Positions 46,208-58,554 of a stretch of 64,000 nucleotides of DNA are shown here, one piece after another; the first letter of the stretch is position 1, and each line of letters starts with the position of its first letter. The stretch comes from an uncultured Acidobacteriota bacterium. Lineage in GTDB: Bacteria > Acidobacteriota > Blastocatellia > RBC074. Under the pieces are notes generated by a model that saw nothing but the letters and a program-made list of their open reading frames with translations, did not search any database and was not told the origin of the DNA. The position numbers and the translations under genes are program-made. The stretch lies in the NCBI GenBank assembly GCA_963796275.1, contig CAWCKY010000004.1:192001-256000 (forward strand). Reading direction: 5' to 3'.

Positions 46208-47038
46208 ATGTTTTACAGAACCGCCAAAAACATCAACACCTTCCTTCTGCTTCTTTTACTTAGCACATCTGTTCTAAGTCAGCAGAAACCGGAAACAGAA
46301 AAATCCCCTGACTATGTCGATTTCAACGGATTCAAAGGGAAGATATTTGAGATAAGACATGGCGACCCGCGCCGTATCGCATCAATAATCAGCCCGCTCG
46401 GGAGCGGGTTTAAGGGAGCCACGATACAAGCCAGTCGCGATCCCAATTTTATTACGGTCCGTGATTTCCCCGAAAATATCGCAGTCATCGAAGAAGCCAT
46501 CAAACGACTGGATGTGGCAACACCCCCGCCACCCCCGCCACCCCCGCCATCTAATAATCGCCCTCCCAACCTTGAGATGCGGCTCTTTTTGTTGTTAGCC
46601 TCAAACAAAGAGGGCGCCAGTACTCAGTATCCCGATGAACTTAAGGACGTGCTCAAACAACTCCAGAGCACACTCAATTACAAAAACTATTATCTTCTGA
46701 CGCCAATCGTACAGCGGGTCTATGCACCAGCTGGCGCCCGCGGAGAGGGGGTTACGACTGTAGGCGGACCTCTCTTTATAAAAAACATCAATGCCAAATA
46801 TACCTATACAATTCAGAGATTTCGGACGGAACCTCCACATATAGAGAAGGGGAACTTTTTGCTCGATAGTTTTGAATTCAAGATTGATGGCGTGACCCCC
46901 GAAGACCATTATTTGTTCGGTAGCGCTGGAATAAGCAACCAATTGATGATTCGAGATGGCGAGAAAGTAGTCCTTGGCACTGCCAGTTTGATGGATAAAG
47001 CGCTGGTTCTGGTGCTTTCGGTAAGAATCGTTCCATAA
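46208..47038 (+). CDS. Exported protein with a secretin N-domain-like segment
   Basis: Signal peptide; NFITVRDFPENIAVIEEAIKRLDV; poly-Pro linker; IRDGEKVVLG. Confidence 0.6.
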   Translation: MFYRTAKNINTFLLLLLLSTSVLSQQKPETEKSPDYVDFNGFKGKIFEIRHGDPRRIASIISPLGSGFKGATIQASRDPNFITVRDFPENIAVIEEAIKRLDVATPPPPPPPPPSNNRPPNLEMRLFLLLASNKEGASTQYPDELKDVLKQLQSTLNYKNYYLLTPIVQRVYAPAGARGEGVTTVGGPLFIKNINAKYTYTIQRFRTEPPHIEKGNFLLDSFEFKIDGVTPEDHYLFGSAGISNQLMIRDGEKVVLGTASLMDKALVLVLSVRIVP

Positions 47039-47223
47039 ATATATTGTAACAACCATGGATCGGCTCGGATGCGGCGGATCGACGCGGATAAAATCCGTGA
47101 GAATCCGTCGCATCCGTGTCAACCTGTGGTTTAACGACAATATCTCACCCTTTCAACATCCCACCTCTTGCTGTATAACAGCACCGACCATCACACAAGC
47201 TCACTACAACAATGAGGTAAAAA

Positions 47224-48138
47224 ATGATGAGACTCACCCTAGCGACCTGCGCTTCCCTGCTGCTGACGTTCTACGCTTTTGCTACTGCGTTAGCGCAAAA
47301 CTCAAATCAAACTTCGAATCAACCGCCCGCACAGCCCCTCTGGTCCGAAGGCGCGCCCGGAGCGAAAGGAACTCAACCCGAAGACATTCCGAGCATCCAG
47401 CTCTACCAGGCTTCCGCAGACAAGGCTACGGGATCGGCGGTCGTCGTCTGCCCCGGCGGCGGTTATCGCCATTTAGCACCGCACGAGGGCCACGATATCG
47501 CCGTCTGGCTCAACAGCATCGGCGTGACGGCGGTCGTTTTGAAATATCGCCTTGCGCCCAATTACGGCCATCCCGCGCCGATGCAGGATGCGCTGCGCGC
47601 CATCCGCACCGTGCGCGCAAAAGCGGCCGATTGGAAGATCGATCCGATTCGAATAGGGATCATGGGTTTCTCAGCTGGCGGCCATCTCGCTTCGACTGCG
47701 GCGACCCATTTCGATTCAGGCAATCCGAATGCAACCGACTCCATCGAAAAACAGAGCAGCCGGCCGGATCTGCTGATCCTGGGCTATCCGGTCGTCACGA
47801 TGACGCAAACTACCACGCATTCCGGCTCGCGCCAGAACCTGCTCGGCAAAGAGCCATCGCAGGAGTTGGCCGATTTGATGTCGAATGAAAAACAGGTCAC
47901 CGATAAGACCCCGCCGACATTCTTCTTCCATACGGAAGACGATAAGGCGGTTCCGGTCGAGAACAGCCTTCTGTTTGCTGCGGCACTGAGAAAAGCGAAA
48001 GTGCCGTATGAACTGCACGTCTATCAAACCGGCAGACACGGCGTGGGATTGGCGCAAGACAATCCGGCGCTGAATACATGGCCGAAGCTGCTGGAAAACT
48101 GGCTGCGTGCTCAAGGCTTCCTTAATCAACCTCGGTGA
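47224..48138 (+). CDS. Secreted alpha/beta hydrolase (carbohydrate esterase, BD-FAE-like)
   Basis: CPGGGY, GFSAGG nucleophile, D..V and HG triad. Confidence 0.88.
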   Translation: MMRLTLATCASLLLTFYAFATALAQNSNQTSNQPPAQPLWSEGAPGAKGTQPEDIPSIQLYQASADKATGSAVVVCPGGGYRHLAPHEGHDIAVWLNSIGVTAVVLKYRLAPNYGHPAPMQDALRAIRTVRAKAADWKIDPIRIGIMGFSAGGHLASTAATHFDSGNPNATDSIEKQSSRPDLLILGYPVVTMTQTTTHSGSRQNLLGKEPSQELADLMSNEKQVTDKTPPTFFFHTEDDKAVPVENSLLFAAALRKAKVPYELHVYQTGRHGVGLAQDNPALNTWPKLLENWLRAQGFLNQPR

Positions 48139-48236
48139 TAATTAGGGACTCGCCAGAAATTCGCAAAAATTACAAATAATATAAACGAATCGGTTAAATT
48201 GCCTCGTTACCAATGCTCGCGTAAAATCTCACCGCT

Positions 48237-49703
48237 ATGAGCAATACCCGAATCCGTTCGTTCGCGATTTTCTTCATTTCTTGTTCAATTCTCGCATTCT
48301 CGACCGGCGCGCAACGTCGCGACCAAACGCCGAGCTACGGCTATAGTTCACAACTTCTGAACGAATTGAAACAATTACAACAAGCTGCGCTGGCTAGCGA
48401 TTACGCGCTCAGGCAGACCGCTTATCTGTGCAACAACATCGGACCACGATTGAGCGGCTCACCCCAGGCGCAACGTGCGGTCGAATATGTAGCCGAGGAG
48501 ATGCGCAAGCTCGGTCTCGAAGTGAAGCTTGAGAAGATGATGGTCCCGCACTGGGTGCGCGGCATCGAGACCGGCGAATTGACGCAATTTCCCGGCATGG
48601 CTCGGGGCACGACACAGAAGATCGTTCTGACAGCGCTCGGCGGGAGCGTCGCGACGCCTGCCGATGGCCTGCTCGCCCCAGTCGTCGTCGTCAATAACTT
48701 CGGTGAACTGAATGCGCTCGGCGAAGGCGGCGTAAAAAACAAGATCGTTCTCTTCAATGTGAAGTTCGATGAGCAGTTGCAGGCACAAGGATTCGGCGGC
48801 GATGCCTATGGCCAATCGGTGATCTATCGCGGTGGTGGCGCGAGCGCAGCGGCGCGGTTGGGCGCGGTTGCCGCTTTAAACCGTTCAGCGGGCGGCGGCG
48901 CCTTTCGGCTGCCTCATACAGGCAGCACGCGCTACGTCGATGGCGTGCGGCGGATACCTGCCGCAGCGGTCACGGCTGAAGACGCTGAACTCATCGAACA
49001 GCTTGCGGCGCAGGGTGAAGTAAAAATGCGGCTCGTGCTCACACCTCAGACTTTGCCCGATGTCGAAAGCCACAATGTCATCGCGGATATTAAAGGCAGC
49101 GAATCGCCCGATCAGATCGTCATCGTCTCCGGCCACCTCGATTCCTGGGACCTTGGCACAGGGGCGCTCGATGATGCAGCCGGCGTGGCCGTCTCTATGC
49201 AGGTCGCGAACCTGTGCAAACAGCTGAAGCTCAAACCCAAACGCTCGATTCGCATGATCGCGTGGATGAATGAGGAGAACGGCCTGGCAGGCGGCAGGAC
49301 CTACTTTCAAAATCAGGCGAACAATATCGCCAACCACATTGCGGCGATTGAAAGCGATCTGGGCGCGGGGCATCCGATAGGTTTTTTTGCTCGCGTCATG
49401 CCGGACGCATTACCTATGCTGCAACCCGTGGCCAATATTTTACGAAGTTCGGGTGCCGGGGTAATTCGAGTAGTGACCGATTCCGTCGGCGCCGATATCT
49501 CTCCGCTCGAACGGGCGGGCGTGCCCGGATTCGCGCCAATCCAGGATGAGCGGACTTATTTCAATTATCATCACACACCCGCTGATACGTTCGATAAGAT
49601 CAATCCCCGTGAATTGGCGGAGAACGCGGCGGTGATGGCCGTTCTGGCTTATGCGATTGCAAATCTGCCGGAGCCGTTGCCCAAGCAAACCGGTAATAAT
49701 TAA
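48237..49703 (+). CDS. M28 metallopeptidase (carboxypeptidase Q-like)
   Basis: GPRLSGS, GHLDSWD, GALDD, EENGL, YHHTPADT; signal peptide. Confidence 0.9.
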   Translation: MSNTRIRSFAIFFISCSILAFSTGAQRRDQTPSYGYSSQLLNELKQLQQAALASDYALRQTAYLCNNIGPRLSGSPQAQRAVEYVAEEMRKLGLEVKLEKMMVPHWVRGIETGELTQFPGMARGTTQKIVLTALGGSVATPADGLLAPVVVVNNFGELNALGEGGVKNKIVLFNVKFDEQLQAQGFGGDAYGQSVIYRGGGASAAARLGAVAALNRSAGGGAFRLPHTGSTRYVDGVRRIPAAAVTAEDAELIEQLAAQGEVKMRLVLTPQTLPDVESHNVIADIKGSESPDQIVIVSGHLDSWDLGTGALDDAAGVAVSMQVANLCKQLKLKPKRSIRMIAWMNEENGLAGGRTYFQNQANNIANHIAAIESDLGAGHPIGFFARVMPDALPMLQPVANILRSSGAGVIRVVTDSVGADISPLERAGVPGFAPIQDERTYFNYHHTPADTFDKINPRELAENAAVMAVLAYAIANLPEPLPKQTGNN

Positions 49704-49781
49704 ACGATGAATGTTTTCGGTTTTCAGTTTTCAGATGACCTTCAAACTTAAAACTGAGACCCGAAAGTAACGGCTCAGACG

Positions 49782-50335
49782 CTTCCCCGCGTTAGCGGCG
49801 TTTGATTGTAGCCGTGGGGGACTTCGCCCGTTAGCGGCGGTTGATTGTAGCCGTGGGCCACTTCGCCGCGTTAGCGGCGGTTGATTGTAGCCGTGGGCCA
49901 CTTCGCCCGTTAGCGGCGTTTGATTGTAGCCGTGGGGCACTTCGCCCGTTAGCCGCGGTTGATTGTAGCCGTGGGGCACTTCGCCGCGTTAGCGGCGGTT
50001 GATTGTAGCCGTGGGCCACTTCGCCGCGTTAGCGGCGGTTGATTGTAGCCGTGGGCCACTTCGCCGCGTTAGCGGCGGTTGATTGTAGCCGTGGGCCACT
50101 TCGCCGCGTTAGCGGCGGTTGATTGTAGCCGTGGGCCACTTCGCCGCGTTAGCGGCGGTTGATTGTAGCCGTGGGCCACTTCGCCGCGTTAGCGGCGGTT
50201 GATTGTAGCCGTGGGCCACTTCGCCGCGTTAGCGGCGGTTGATTGTAGCCGTGGGCCACTTCGCCGCGTTAGCGGCGGTTGATTGTAGCCGTGGGCCACT
50301 TCGCCGCGTTAGCGGCGGTTGATTGTAGCCGTGGG
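49782..50335 (+). repeat. Tandem array of 14 copies of a 39-40-bp unit (REP left end)
   Basis: Unit cttcgccgcgttagcggcggttgattgtagccgtgggcca; no spacers; four of the first five copies carry variants. Confidence 0.92.
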
Positions 50336-50343
50336 TTTTAACC

Positions 50344-51738
50344 CACTGGTATCTACACATTTCCGACGGTTAGGAATAGCCTGGCACAATGAGCCGGGCC
50401 ATCTGTTTAAGGTCATTGAGGTCATAATGTTCGAGCAATTCAAGTGTCGACAAGAAACTCCAAAACCCAGCCAACAATGCTGGTGCAGTGGGTTGCCCAC
50501 GCCGAACTTGTCGACCGCTCAATCGCACCAAGAGATTGCGCAGGGTGACCGTCTGCGGATCCGTTGCGCGTTGGATGTGCCAGACTACGACACAAGCCAT
50601 GGCCACCACCAACAAACGTTTGGCAATCGCCTCAGCAGTTTCCTGCTGCCACTGGTCGACTTGGAAACCATGGCTTTTAAGCAACTTGAAGTAAGATTCA
50701 ATTCTCCAGCGCCAGTAGTACCATTCGGCCAGTTGCTCAGCGCTGATGCCAGCCGGCACGTTACTGAGCAAGTACCATTCAGCCGCAATCGTTTCATCGG
50801 GCAAGCGCAGTTGACAGACAATCAAGCGCAGTTCGAGCGGCTCACCTTTGATCCATTGACGCTTGCCCCCGTCGCGCGCGCGGGGAAAGGCCGGACGATC
50901 AATGACGATGCTGGTTTCGCCCACAAACAGTTGCCCAATGAGATTGGCCGAAATCTCTACCGCTTGGCTAGCGCGCAAGGCGACCTGTGCTGCGACCTGG
51001 CTCAACGGTTGTGTCCGCTCCTGCCAAACAACTCTCTGTTCCCCGTTGGCACGTACTTCAAACAGATGGCCTTCACTATTCCATTGACGATAGTGAAAGA
51101 TCGAGTCGCCTTCCCGATCAATGATGTGGACCAGCGGCAACGACAGTTTTTGCTTCTGCGAAGCCCGCATTGTCTGGCTCACCAATCCCAGGGGCGACCA
51201 ATCTCTGTGCCTCTCTTCATCAAGCGTTGTGTGCCATCCATCATTGGCCCACAGCCCAAGGCTGATCGGCGCTATCGGCGCCCCGCTCTGGTCGCTCAGC
51301 AGCAACGTGGTCGCCAGTTTGTAGCCCAAGTCGCTGCCGATTTTTTTCCGATCCTTCTTGCTCGTGTGCGTTCCGTAGCGCAGATCAGACCAGTCGTGGA
51401 TCGCCAGTCCATACCGTCGACAGACAAGCGGCATCTCCCGCCGAGCTTGTTCTACCAACGGTTCGACCAGCCCCGTCAGCTTCACATTGGGGTTGGCATA
51501 AAATCGCCAGGCCGCTTGCGTGCTGGCAAACGCTTCATTAACGCTCGGCAGCGCACGCGATCCAGCAGCTTGATTCTCGCTTGTATGGAGATGTTCATTC
51601 ACCAGCCTCTCATACCGTCTTTGCAAACGGGGGTCAAATGGAGGTTTGAGGAGAAACATTCAAAGAGCATATTCTTCGGTAGGTTTGATTGCGATAACTC
51701 TTTGCAACCAAACGCAAAAACTTGTGTAGATACCAGTG
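50344..51738 (-). mobile_element. IS4-family (IS50/Tn5-like) insertion sequence, copy 1, 1395 bp
   Basis: TIRs CACTGGTATCTACACA; direct repeat GGTTTTAACC at 50334-50343 and 51739-51748. Confidence 0.92.
50370..51659 (-). CDS. IS4-family Tn5-like DDE transposase
   Basis: DPRLQRR, AAWRFYANPNV, HDWS, IIDREGD, YYWRWRIESYFKLLK (YREK). Confidence 0.93.
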   Translation of the reverse strand: MFLLKPPFDPRLQRRYERLVNEHLHTSENQAAGSRALPSVNEAFASTQAAWRFYANPNVKLTGLVEPLVEQARREMPLVCRRYGLAIHDWSDLRYGTHTSKKDRKKIGSDLGYKLATTLLLSDQSGAPIAPISLGLWANDGWHTTLDEERHRDWSPLGLVSQTMRASQKQKLSLPLVHIIDREGDSIFHYRQWNSEGHLFEVRANGEQRVVWQERTQPLSQVAAQVALRASQAVEISANLIGQLFVGETSIVIDRPAFPRARDGGKRQWIKGEPLELRLIVCQLRLPDETIAAEWYLLSNVPAGISAEQLAEWYYWRWRIESYFKLLKSHGFQVDQWQQETAEAIAKRLLVVAMACVVVWHIQRATDPQTVTLRNLLVRLSGRQVRRGQPTAPALLAGFWSFLSTLELLEHYDLNDLKQMARLIVPGYS

Positions 51739-51854
51739 GGTTTTAACCCACGGTAGTAGTACGAAATTCTACCGCGTCGCGTCAGCGACGGTTGAATTCA
51801 AGCGTCGCTGACGCGACGCGGGAATATACTTCAAGCCTTCCGTGGGTTAAAACC

Positions 51855-53249
51855 CACTGGTATCTACACATTTCCGACGGTTAGGAATAGCCTGGCACAA
51901 TGAGCCGGGCCATCTGTTTAAGGTCATTGAGGTCATAATGTTCGAGCAATTCAAGTGTCGACAAGAAACTCCAAAACCCAGCCAACAATGCTGGTGCAGT
52001 GGGTTGCCCACGCCGAACTTGTCGACCGCTCAATCGCACCAAGAGATTGCGCAGGGTGACCGTCTGCGGATCCGTTGCGCGTTGGATGTGCCAGACTACG
52101 ACACAAGCCATGGCCACCACCAACAAACGTTTGGCAATCGCCTCAGCAGTTTCCTGCTGCCACTGGTCGACTTGGAAACCATGGCTTTTAAGCAACTTGA
52201 AGTAAGATTCAATTCTCCAGCGCCAGTAGTACCATTCGGCCAGTTGCTCAGCGCTGATGCCAGCCGGCACGTTACTGAGCAAGTACCATTCAGCCGCAAT
52301 CGTTTCATCGGGCAAGCGCAGTTGACAGACAATCAAGCGCAGTTCGAGCGGCTCACCTTTGATCCATTGACGCTTGCCCCCGTCGCGCGCGCGGGGAAAG
52401 GCCGGACGATCAATGACGATGCTGGTTTCGCCCACAAACAGTTGCCCAATGAGATTGGCCGAAATCTCTACCGCTTGGCTAGCGCGCAAGGCGACCTGTG
52501 CTGCGACCTGGCTCAACGGTTGTGTCCGCTCCTGCCAAACAACTCTCTGTTCCCCGTTGGCACGTACTTCAAACAGATGGCCTTCACTATTCCATTGACG
52601 ATAGTGAAAGATCGAGTCGCCTTCCCGATCAATGATGTGGACCAGCGGCAACGACAGTTTTTGCTTCTGCGAAGCCCGCATTGTCTGGCTCACCAATCCC
52701 AGGGGCGACCAATCTCTGTGCCTCTCTTCATCAAGCGTTGTGTGCCATCCATCATTGGCCCACAGCCCAAGGCTGATCGGCGCTATCGGCGCCCCGCTCT
52801 GGTCGCTCAGCAGCAACGTGGTCGCCAGTTTGTAGCCCAAGTCGCTGCCGATTTTTTTCCGATCCTTCTTGCTCGTGTGCGTTCCGTAGCGCAGATCAGA
52901 CCAGTCGTGGATCGCCAGTCCATACCGTCGACAGACAAGCGGCATCTCCCGCCGAGCTTGTTCTACCAACGGTTCGACCAGCCCCGTCAGCTTCACATTG
53001 GGGTTGGCATAAAATCGCCAGGCCGCTTGCGTGCTGGCAAACGCTTCATTAACGCTCGGCAGCGCACGCGATCCAGCAGCTTGATTCTCGCTTGTATGGA
53101 GATGTTCATTCACCAGCCTCTCATACCGTCTTTGCAAACGGGGGTCAAATGGAGGTTTGAGGAGAAACATTCAAAGAGCATATTCTTCGGTAGGTTTGAT
53201 TGCGATAACTCTTTGCAACCAAACGCAAAAACTTGTGTAGATACCAGTG
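51855..53249 (-). mobile_element. IS4-family insertion sequence, copy 2, 1395 bp
   Basis: Same TIRs; direct repeat GGTTAAAACC at 51845-51854 and 53250-53259. Confidence 0.92.
51881..53170 (-). CDS. IS4-family Tn5-like DDE transposase (protein identical to copy 1)
   Basis: Identical 429-aa translation. Confidence 0.93.
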   Translation of the reverse strand: MFLLKPPFDPRLQRRYERLVNEHLHTSENQAAGSRALPSVNEAFASTQAAWRFYANPNVKLTGLVEPLVEQARREMPLVCRRYGLAIHDWSDLRYGTHTSKKDRKKIGSDLGYKLATTLLLSDQSGAPIAPISLGLWANDGWHTTLDEERHRDWSPLGLVSQTMRASQKQKLSLPLVHIIDREGDSIFHYRQWNSEGHLFEVRANGEQRVVWQERTQPLSQVAAQVALRASQAVEISANLIGQLFVGETSIVIDRPAFPRARDGGKRQWIKGEPLELRLIVCQLRLPDETIAAEWYLLSNVPAGISAEQLAEWYYWRWRIESYFKLLKSHGFQVDQWQQETAEAIAKRLLVVAMACVVVWHIQRATDPQTVTLRNLLVRLSGRQVRRGQPTAPALLAGFWSFLSTLELLEHYDLNDLKQMARLIVPGYS

Positions 53250-53414
53250 GGTTAAAACCCACGGCTACAATCAACCGCCGCTAACGCGGCGAAGCGTATG
53301 AGCGATGAGATCGGAAAAGTTGACAGACTGACTGGTGAATCGTCCGCGCCGCGACGCATTCGCCTTTCTGTCACAACTGAAACCCATTTTTTGAGGAGCA
53401 CACGAGGAGCACAC

Positions 53415-54290
53415 ATGGAAATGCATGATGAATTAAAAGGCCTGTTCCCACCGGCGCCGGAGGTAACACGCCGCACATTTGTAGTCACGTCTTTATCGGC
53501 AGGTTTCGCGCTCGCCGTCCAGCCGATTCAAGCGCAGAGCATCATTACGACTGATAACAACGGTCTGACAGAAGGTGAAGTGAAAATACCAGTTAAGGGA
53601 GGCGAGGTTCCGGCTTATAGGGCCGCGCCAACAAGAGGCAGAAACTTCCCGACCGTTCTGGTGGTACAAGAGATATTCGGCGTCCACGAACACATTAAGG
53701 ATATCTGCCGACGGTTTGCCAAGCTCGGCTATCTGGCCATCGCTCCGGAGATGTATGCGCGGCAGGGCGATGTATCGAAAATGACCAACATCAATGAAAT
53801 CATCCAGAAGGTCGTCTCAAAAGTACCGGATGATCAAGTTATAGCGGATATTGATGCGACGGTGGCCTGGGCCAAGAAGAACAACGGTGATACCGATAAG
53901 CTCGCCATCACCGGCTTCTGCTGGGGCGGCCGCACCGTCTGGCTCTATGCCGCACACAATCCCAAACTGAAAGCAGGCGTCGCCTGGTACGGTCGGATCG
54001 TCGGCACCACAGATGAGCTGCATCCGAAGAACCCGATAGATGTAGTCAAGGACCTGAAAGCTCCGGTACTCGGACTTTATGGTGGAGCTGATCAAGGTAT
54101 CCCCAATGAAACCGTCGAACAAATGCAGAAGGCGCTGAAAGACGCGGGCAAACCATCTGAGATCAAGCTCTATCCCGATACGCCTCATGGGTTCCACGCC
54201 GATTACCGCCCGAGCTATAGAAAGGAACAAGCGCAGGATGGCTGGAAGCTTTTGCTCGAATGGTTCAATAAGAATGGAGTCGCCGTTTAG
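53415..54290 (+). CDS. Dienelactone hydrolase family protein with a Tat-like signal
   Basis: TRRTF, QEIFGV, GFCWGG, HGF; GAGGAG RBS before ATG 53415. Confidence 0.9.
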   Translation: MEMHDELKGLFPPAPEVTRRTFVVTSLSAGFALAVQPIQAQSIITTDNNGLTEGEVKIPVKGGEVPAYRAAPTRGRNFPTVLVVQEIFGVHEHIKDICRRFAKLGYLAIAPEMYARQGDVSKMTNINEIIQKVVSKVPDDQVIADIDATVAWAKKNNGDTDKLAITGFCWGGRTVWLYAAHNPKLKAGVAWYGRIVGTTDELHPKNPIDVVKDLKAPVLGLYGGADQGIPNETVEQMQKALKDAGKPSEIKLYPDTPHGFHADYRPSYRKEQAQDGWKLLLEWFNKNGVAV

Positions 54291-54400
54291 GTGACTTTTG
54301 ATTTTAGATTGCGAATTGCGGATTGCAGATTTAAGGTTAATTTAGCAATATTTGGTTTTTGCAAACCACCAATCGGCATTCCGCAATTCGCAATCAAATT

Positions 54401-55222
54401 ATGGCCTACGCACACAAAATCACCGGCGCGCATCCGATAAAACTCAATGACTTCGATCCGGAAGATGACGGAGGACTCGATCGCGTAGTAGGCGAGGAGA
54501 AACTCAAAACTCTGGGTAAGGAGCTGACGCGCCTGCAGGAACTGCTCTACGCCGCTAGCGATAATTCGGTCCTTATAGTGCTGCAGGGGCGCGATACGAG
54601 CGGGAAAGACGGGACTATCAGAGCGGTGATGGGGCCGCTCAACTCGCTCGGCTGCACGGTGGCGTCTTTCAAGGTTCCTACGGAAAAAGAGCTCGCACAT
54701 GATTTCCTCTGGCGCATTCATCAACACACGCCGGCGCGCGGAGAGATCGCGATCTTCAACCGCTCGCATTACGAAGATGTGCTCGCCGTGCGCGTTCAAA
54801 AAATAGTGCCCGACAAAATCTGGCGAGCGCGTTTCGATCACATCAACAACTTTGAAAGACTTTTAACCGACAGCAACACGATCCTTCTCAAGTTCTATCT
54901 TCATATCAGCAAGAAAGAACAGGAGGAACGTCTGCTCGCGCGGGAACAGGAACCCGAGAAATACTGGAAGCTATCGGTCGGCGATTGGAAGGAACGCGAG
55001 AATTGGAACGATTATACGCGCGCCTACGAAGACGCGATCAACCGCTGCAGTACGCCATCTGCCCCGTGGCATATCGTGCCTGCCAACAAAAAGTGGTTCC
55101 GCAACCTGGCCGTAGCTGAAGCCATAGTGAACGCCCTCAGATCGTTACAGAATGGTTGGCGGCGAAAACTCGAGGCAATCGGTAAAAAAGAAAAAGCGGC
55201 AATCGAAGCGTACAGAAGTCAG

Positions 55223-55243
<21 letters not shown>
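54401..55243 (+). CDS. ppk2: Polyphosphate kinase 2 family (class III-like)
   Basis: [37 protein letters not shown]. Confidence 0.92.
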
Positions 55244-56017
<774 letters not shown>

Positions 56018-56296
56018 CGTTCAGGGGAAATACAGAGGGAAAAGAATAAGGTAAAAAGTCGCAATCAAAACCTTTATCAGTTATGCGGCTCTGCCCCACC
56101 CAAGGAGCAAATCTAGTACCATGGGTAGAGCGGAGCGCAAACTCAAAGACGCATCATCAACCAAGCATCAAGCTCCCCAAAGAGCGTAACCGTAAAACGC
56201 CCGATTTATTGCGCCTTACATGATCGACGCTCTTTCGACACTCGGCTCGCGCGCAATTCGCCCCGACCAATCCACGCGGGCCGATTTAGGCATGAC

Positions 56297-57843
56297 TTAT
56301 AAGACCGGCCCAATCCGCCACGGGACGAATTCCTGGTGACCAAGCATTTCGCTTTTAGTTCTTTCACCAGATGCGGTGCGGCGGATCAATTCAAAAATCT
56401 TTCTTCCGACTTCCGGTATCGTCGATTTGCCATCGACGATAGTGCCGGCGTTGACGTCGATATTGTCATCCATCATTCGGGCGATGCGAGAATTCGATGA
56501 TATCTTTATCACCGGTACGACCGGAAAGCCGATGCCCGAGCCTCTGCCAGTCGTAAAGCAGATAATATTCGCTCCGCCTGCCGCGATTCCCGTCAGCGAG
56601 ACCGGATCATACCCCGGCGTATTCATCAGCACGAATCCGCTGCGATTAATGCGTTCGGCATAGGTGAAGACGCCGGTCAGCGCGGTTGTTCCGCCTTTCG
56701 CTACAGCGCCCAGCGATTTTTCCGTGATATTCGAAATACCCCCGGCCTTGTTTCCCGGGGATGGATTGTCATCCCATCCGCCACCGAAGCGCTCGAGATA
56801 TTTCCGGTACCATTCGACAATGTCGATCACTTTTCGACCCGTCGCCACGTCAGCCGCGCGGCGCGTGAGCAGGTGCTCCGCTCCCACGCATTCGGGTATT
56901 TCGGCAAGCACCGATGTTCCCCGGACCGCACCAACAGATCACTGGCGTAGCCAAGCGATGGATTGGCTGAGATTCCGGAGAACGCATCCGAGCCGCCGCA
57001 GTTCGTTCCGAGCAGAACCTTGCTCAACGGTTGCGCCGTGCGTTTCAGCTGCTGGCAATGTTTGATCAACTCTTCAACCTGTGCGACTCCATTGGCGACT
57101 GTCTGGCGCGTCCCCCCGCTCGATTGCATTTCGAGTCCGACGATCAATTTGCCTTTGCGAAACGATTGCTGCCCTAACTGCGTCGTGCCGATATATTTGG
57201 AAATCTGGTTGACCTCGCATCCCAAACTCACCATGAGGACGGCCCCCACGTTCGGATGAAAGATCATCCCGGCAATGGTTCTTTCAAGCTGCCAGGTGTC
57301 TTCGCCCTGTGAATGTCCACAACCTTCCTGGTGCGGGATGGCAACCACACCATCGATGCCGTGCGTATCGGGCCCCACGTCCCGCAGTTGATAAGCGATC
57401 TGACTTGCAACGTGGCTCGAACAGTTGGATGTCGCAATCACCGCAATGTAATTGCGCGTACCGACATCGCCATTCTCGCGCAAATAACCCATAAATGTAC
57501 CCGCATCTTCGGGAGCGAAGAATTCGGTCGCCGGCGTATCCGTCGCATATTCGTACTCCTTGCCGGAGAAATCCGGCTGCAAATTGTGTGTGTGAACCCA
57601 TTCGCCGGGGGCGATATCTTTGGTGGCCGTTCCGATGGTTTCGCCATACTTGACGATCTTTCCCCCTCCGGCTATCGGGCGCAACGCTATTTTGTGTCCG
57701 GGAGTGATTGTTTCGCGCAAACCTATCTTCGATCCGAAGGCAAGGATTTCGGTTCCGCCTGAAACCGGCGCGCGCGCGACGCCTACATTATCCTTTTCAT
57801 TCAGAATAATTATGGGGCTAACATCCTCATTGACGGGATTCAT
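56297..57843 (-). CDS. uxaA: Altronate/galactarate dehydratase (UxaA family, SAF domain); -1 frameshift near 56920
   Basis: [46 protein letters not shown]; adding one G to tcc ggg gaa restores SGGTSVLAE. Confidence 0.8.
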
Positions 57844-58034
57844 TTATGCTCCTCTACAAAGTAGACAGGTTTGTCAGGATTTAGTGATCGAGGTTAATCT
57901 TGAATATCCTGGGAATCCTGCCCGAATTTTAATCGTATTCAGTGGTCCGTCCGTGACCGCTTGTCCGATATATCCAAATTCTACTGAATGGAAGGAGACT
58001 AAGTAAAATGCGCGTGCGGATTCTGATCGAAAAG

Positions 58035-58080
58035 AAAAAACGCCTCCGAATTGCTTATTCGCTTTCCGGAGGCGTTTTTT
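58035..58080. terminator. Bidirectional intrinsic terminator
   Basis: aaaaaacgcctccg...cggaggcgtttttt. Confidence 0.75.
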
Positions 58081-58554
58081 CGCTGAGGACGCTTTACTCT
58101 GGTCGATTTATTTTTATTTCATAAATGCAGCACCAGAGGTGATGAAACCCTATCTAATGTCTGCTGGCCGAGTAATCCCCTAATGGCTTTTTCCGTCATT
58201 CACTGGCTGTTACCCTAATGGCTGAGCACTTGCTTGCTAGTCCTCATCACCTCTGATCTGCAACTGTTTGAATCGATCTCAATAACTCATTTTTTGAATT
58301 TCTTCTCCCTATATCGATACTAAATATCAATCTTCGTGCCGGAGAGTATATGTTTTGAGGCGCCGTGCGGTTGAGGTGAGAGAACAAGTTGACTAATATG
58401 GGGTTAGCGCTAAGGGAATCATTGTCAAAACCTGAATCGGGATACATTTGAAGGGCGTGAATTGTCGCAATCAAATTTGATTGCAGCTATCAATATTGAT
58501 TATCTACTATCAATTTTGATATCGGCCAAATATCCGGGAGGGGGAAATCATCCG

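Larger units (their letters stand above)
50299..53294. repeat. Composite REP/MITE-like element (about 185 bp when empty) interrupted by two IS copies
   Basis: Terminal IRs cttcgccgcgttagcggcggttgattgtagccgtggg / cccacggctacaatcaaccgccgctaacgcggcgaag; central cgtcgcgtcagcgacg..cgtcgctgacgcgacg palindrome near 51775-51820. Confidence 0.85.

Noticed and set aside
49782-50335. CRISPR array
   Set aside because: The units are contiguous with no unique spacers, they equal the REP terminus, and there are no cas genes in the window.
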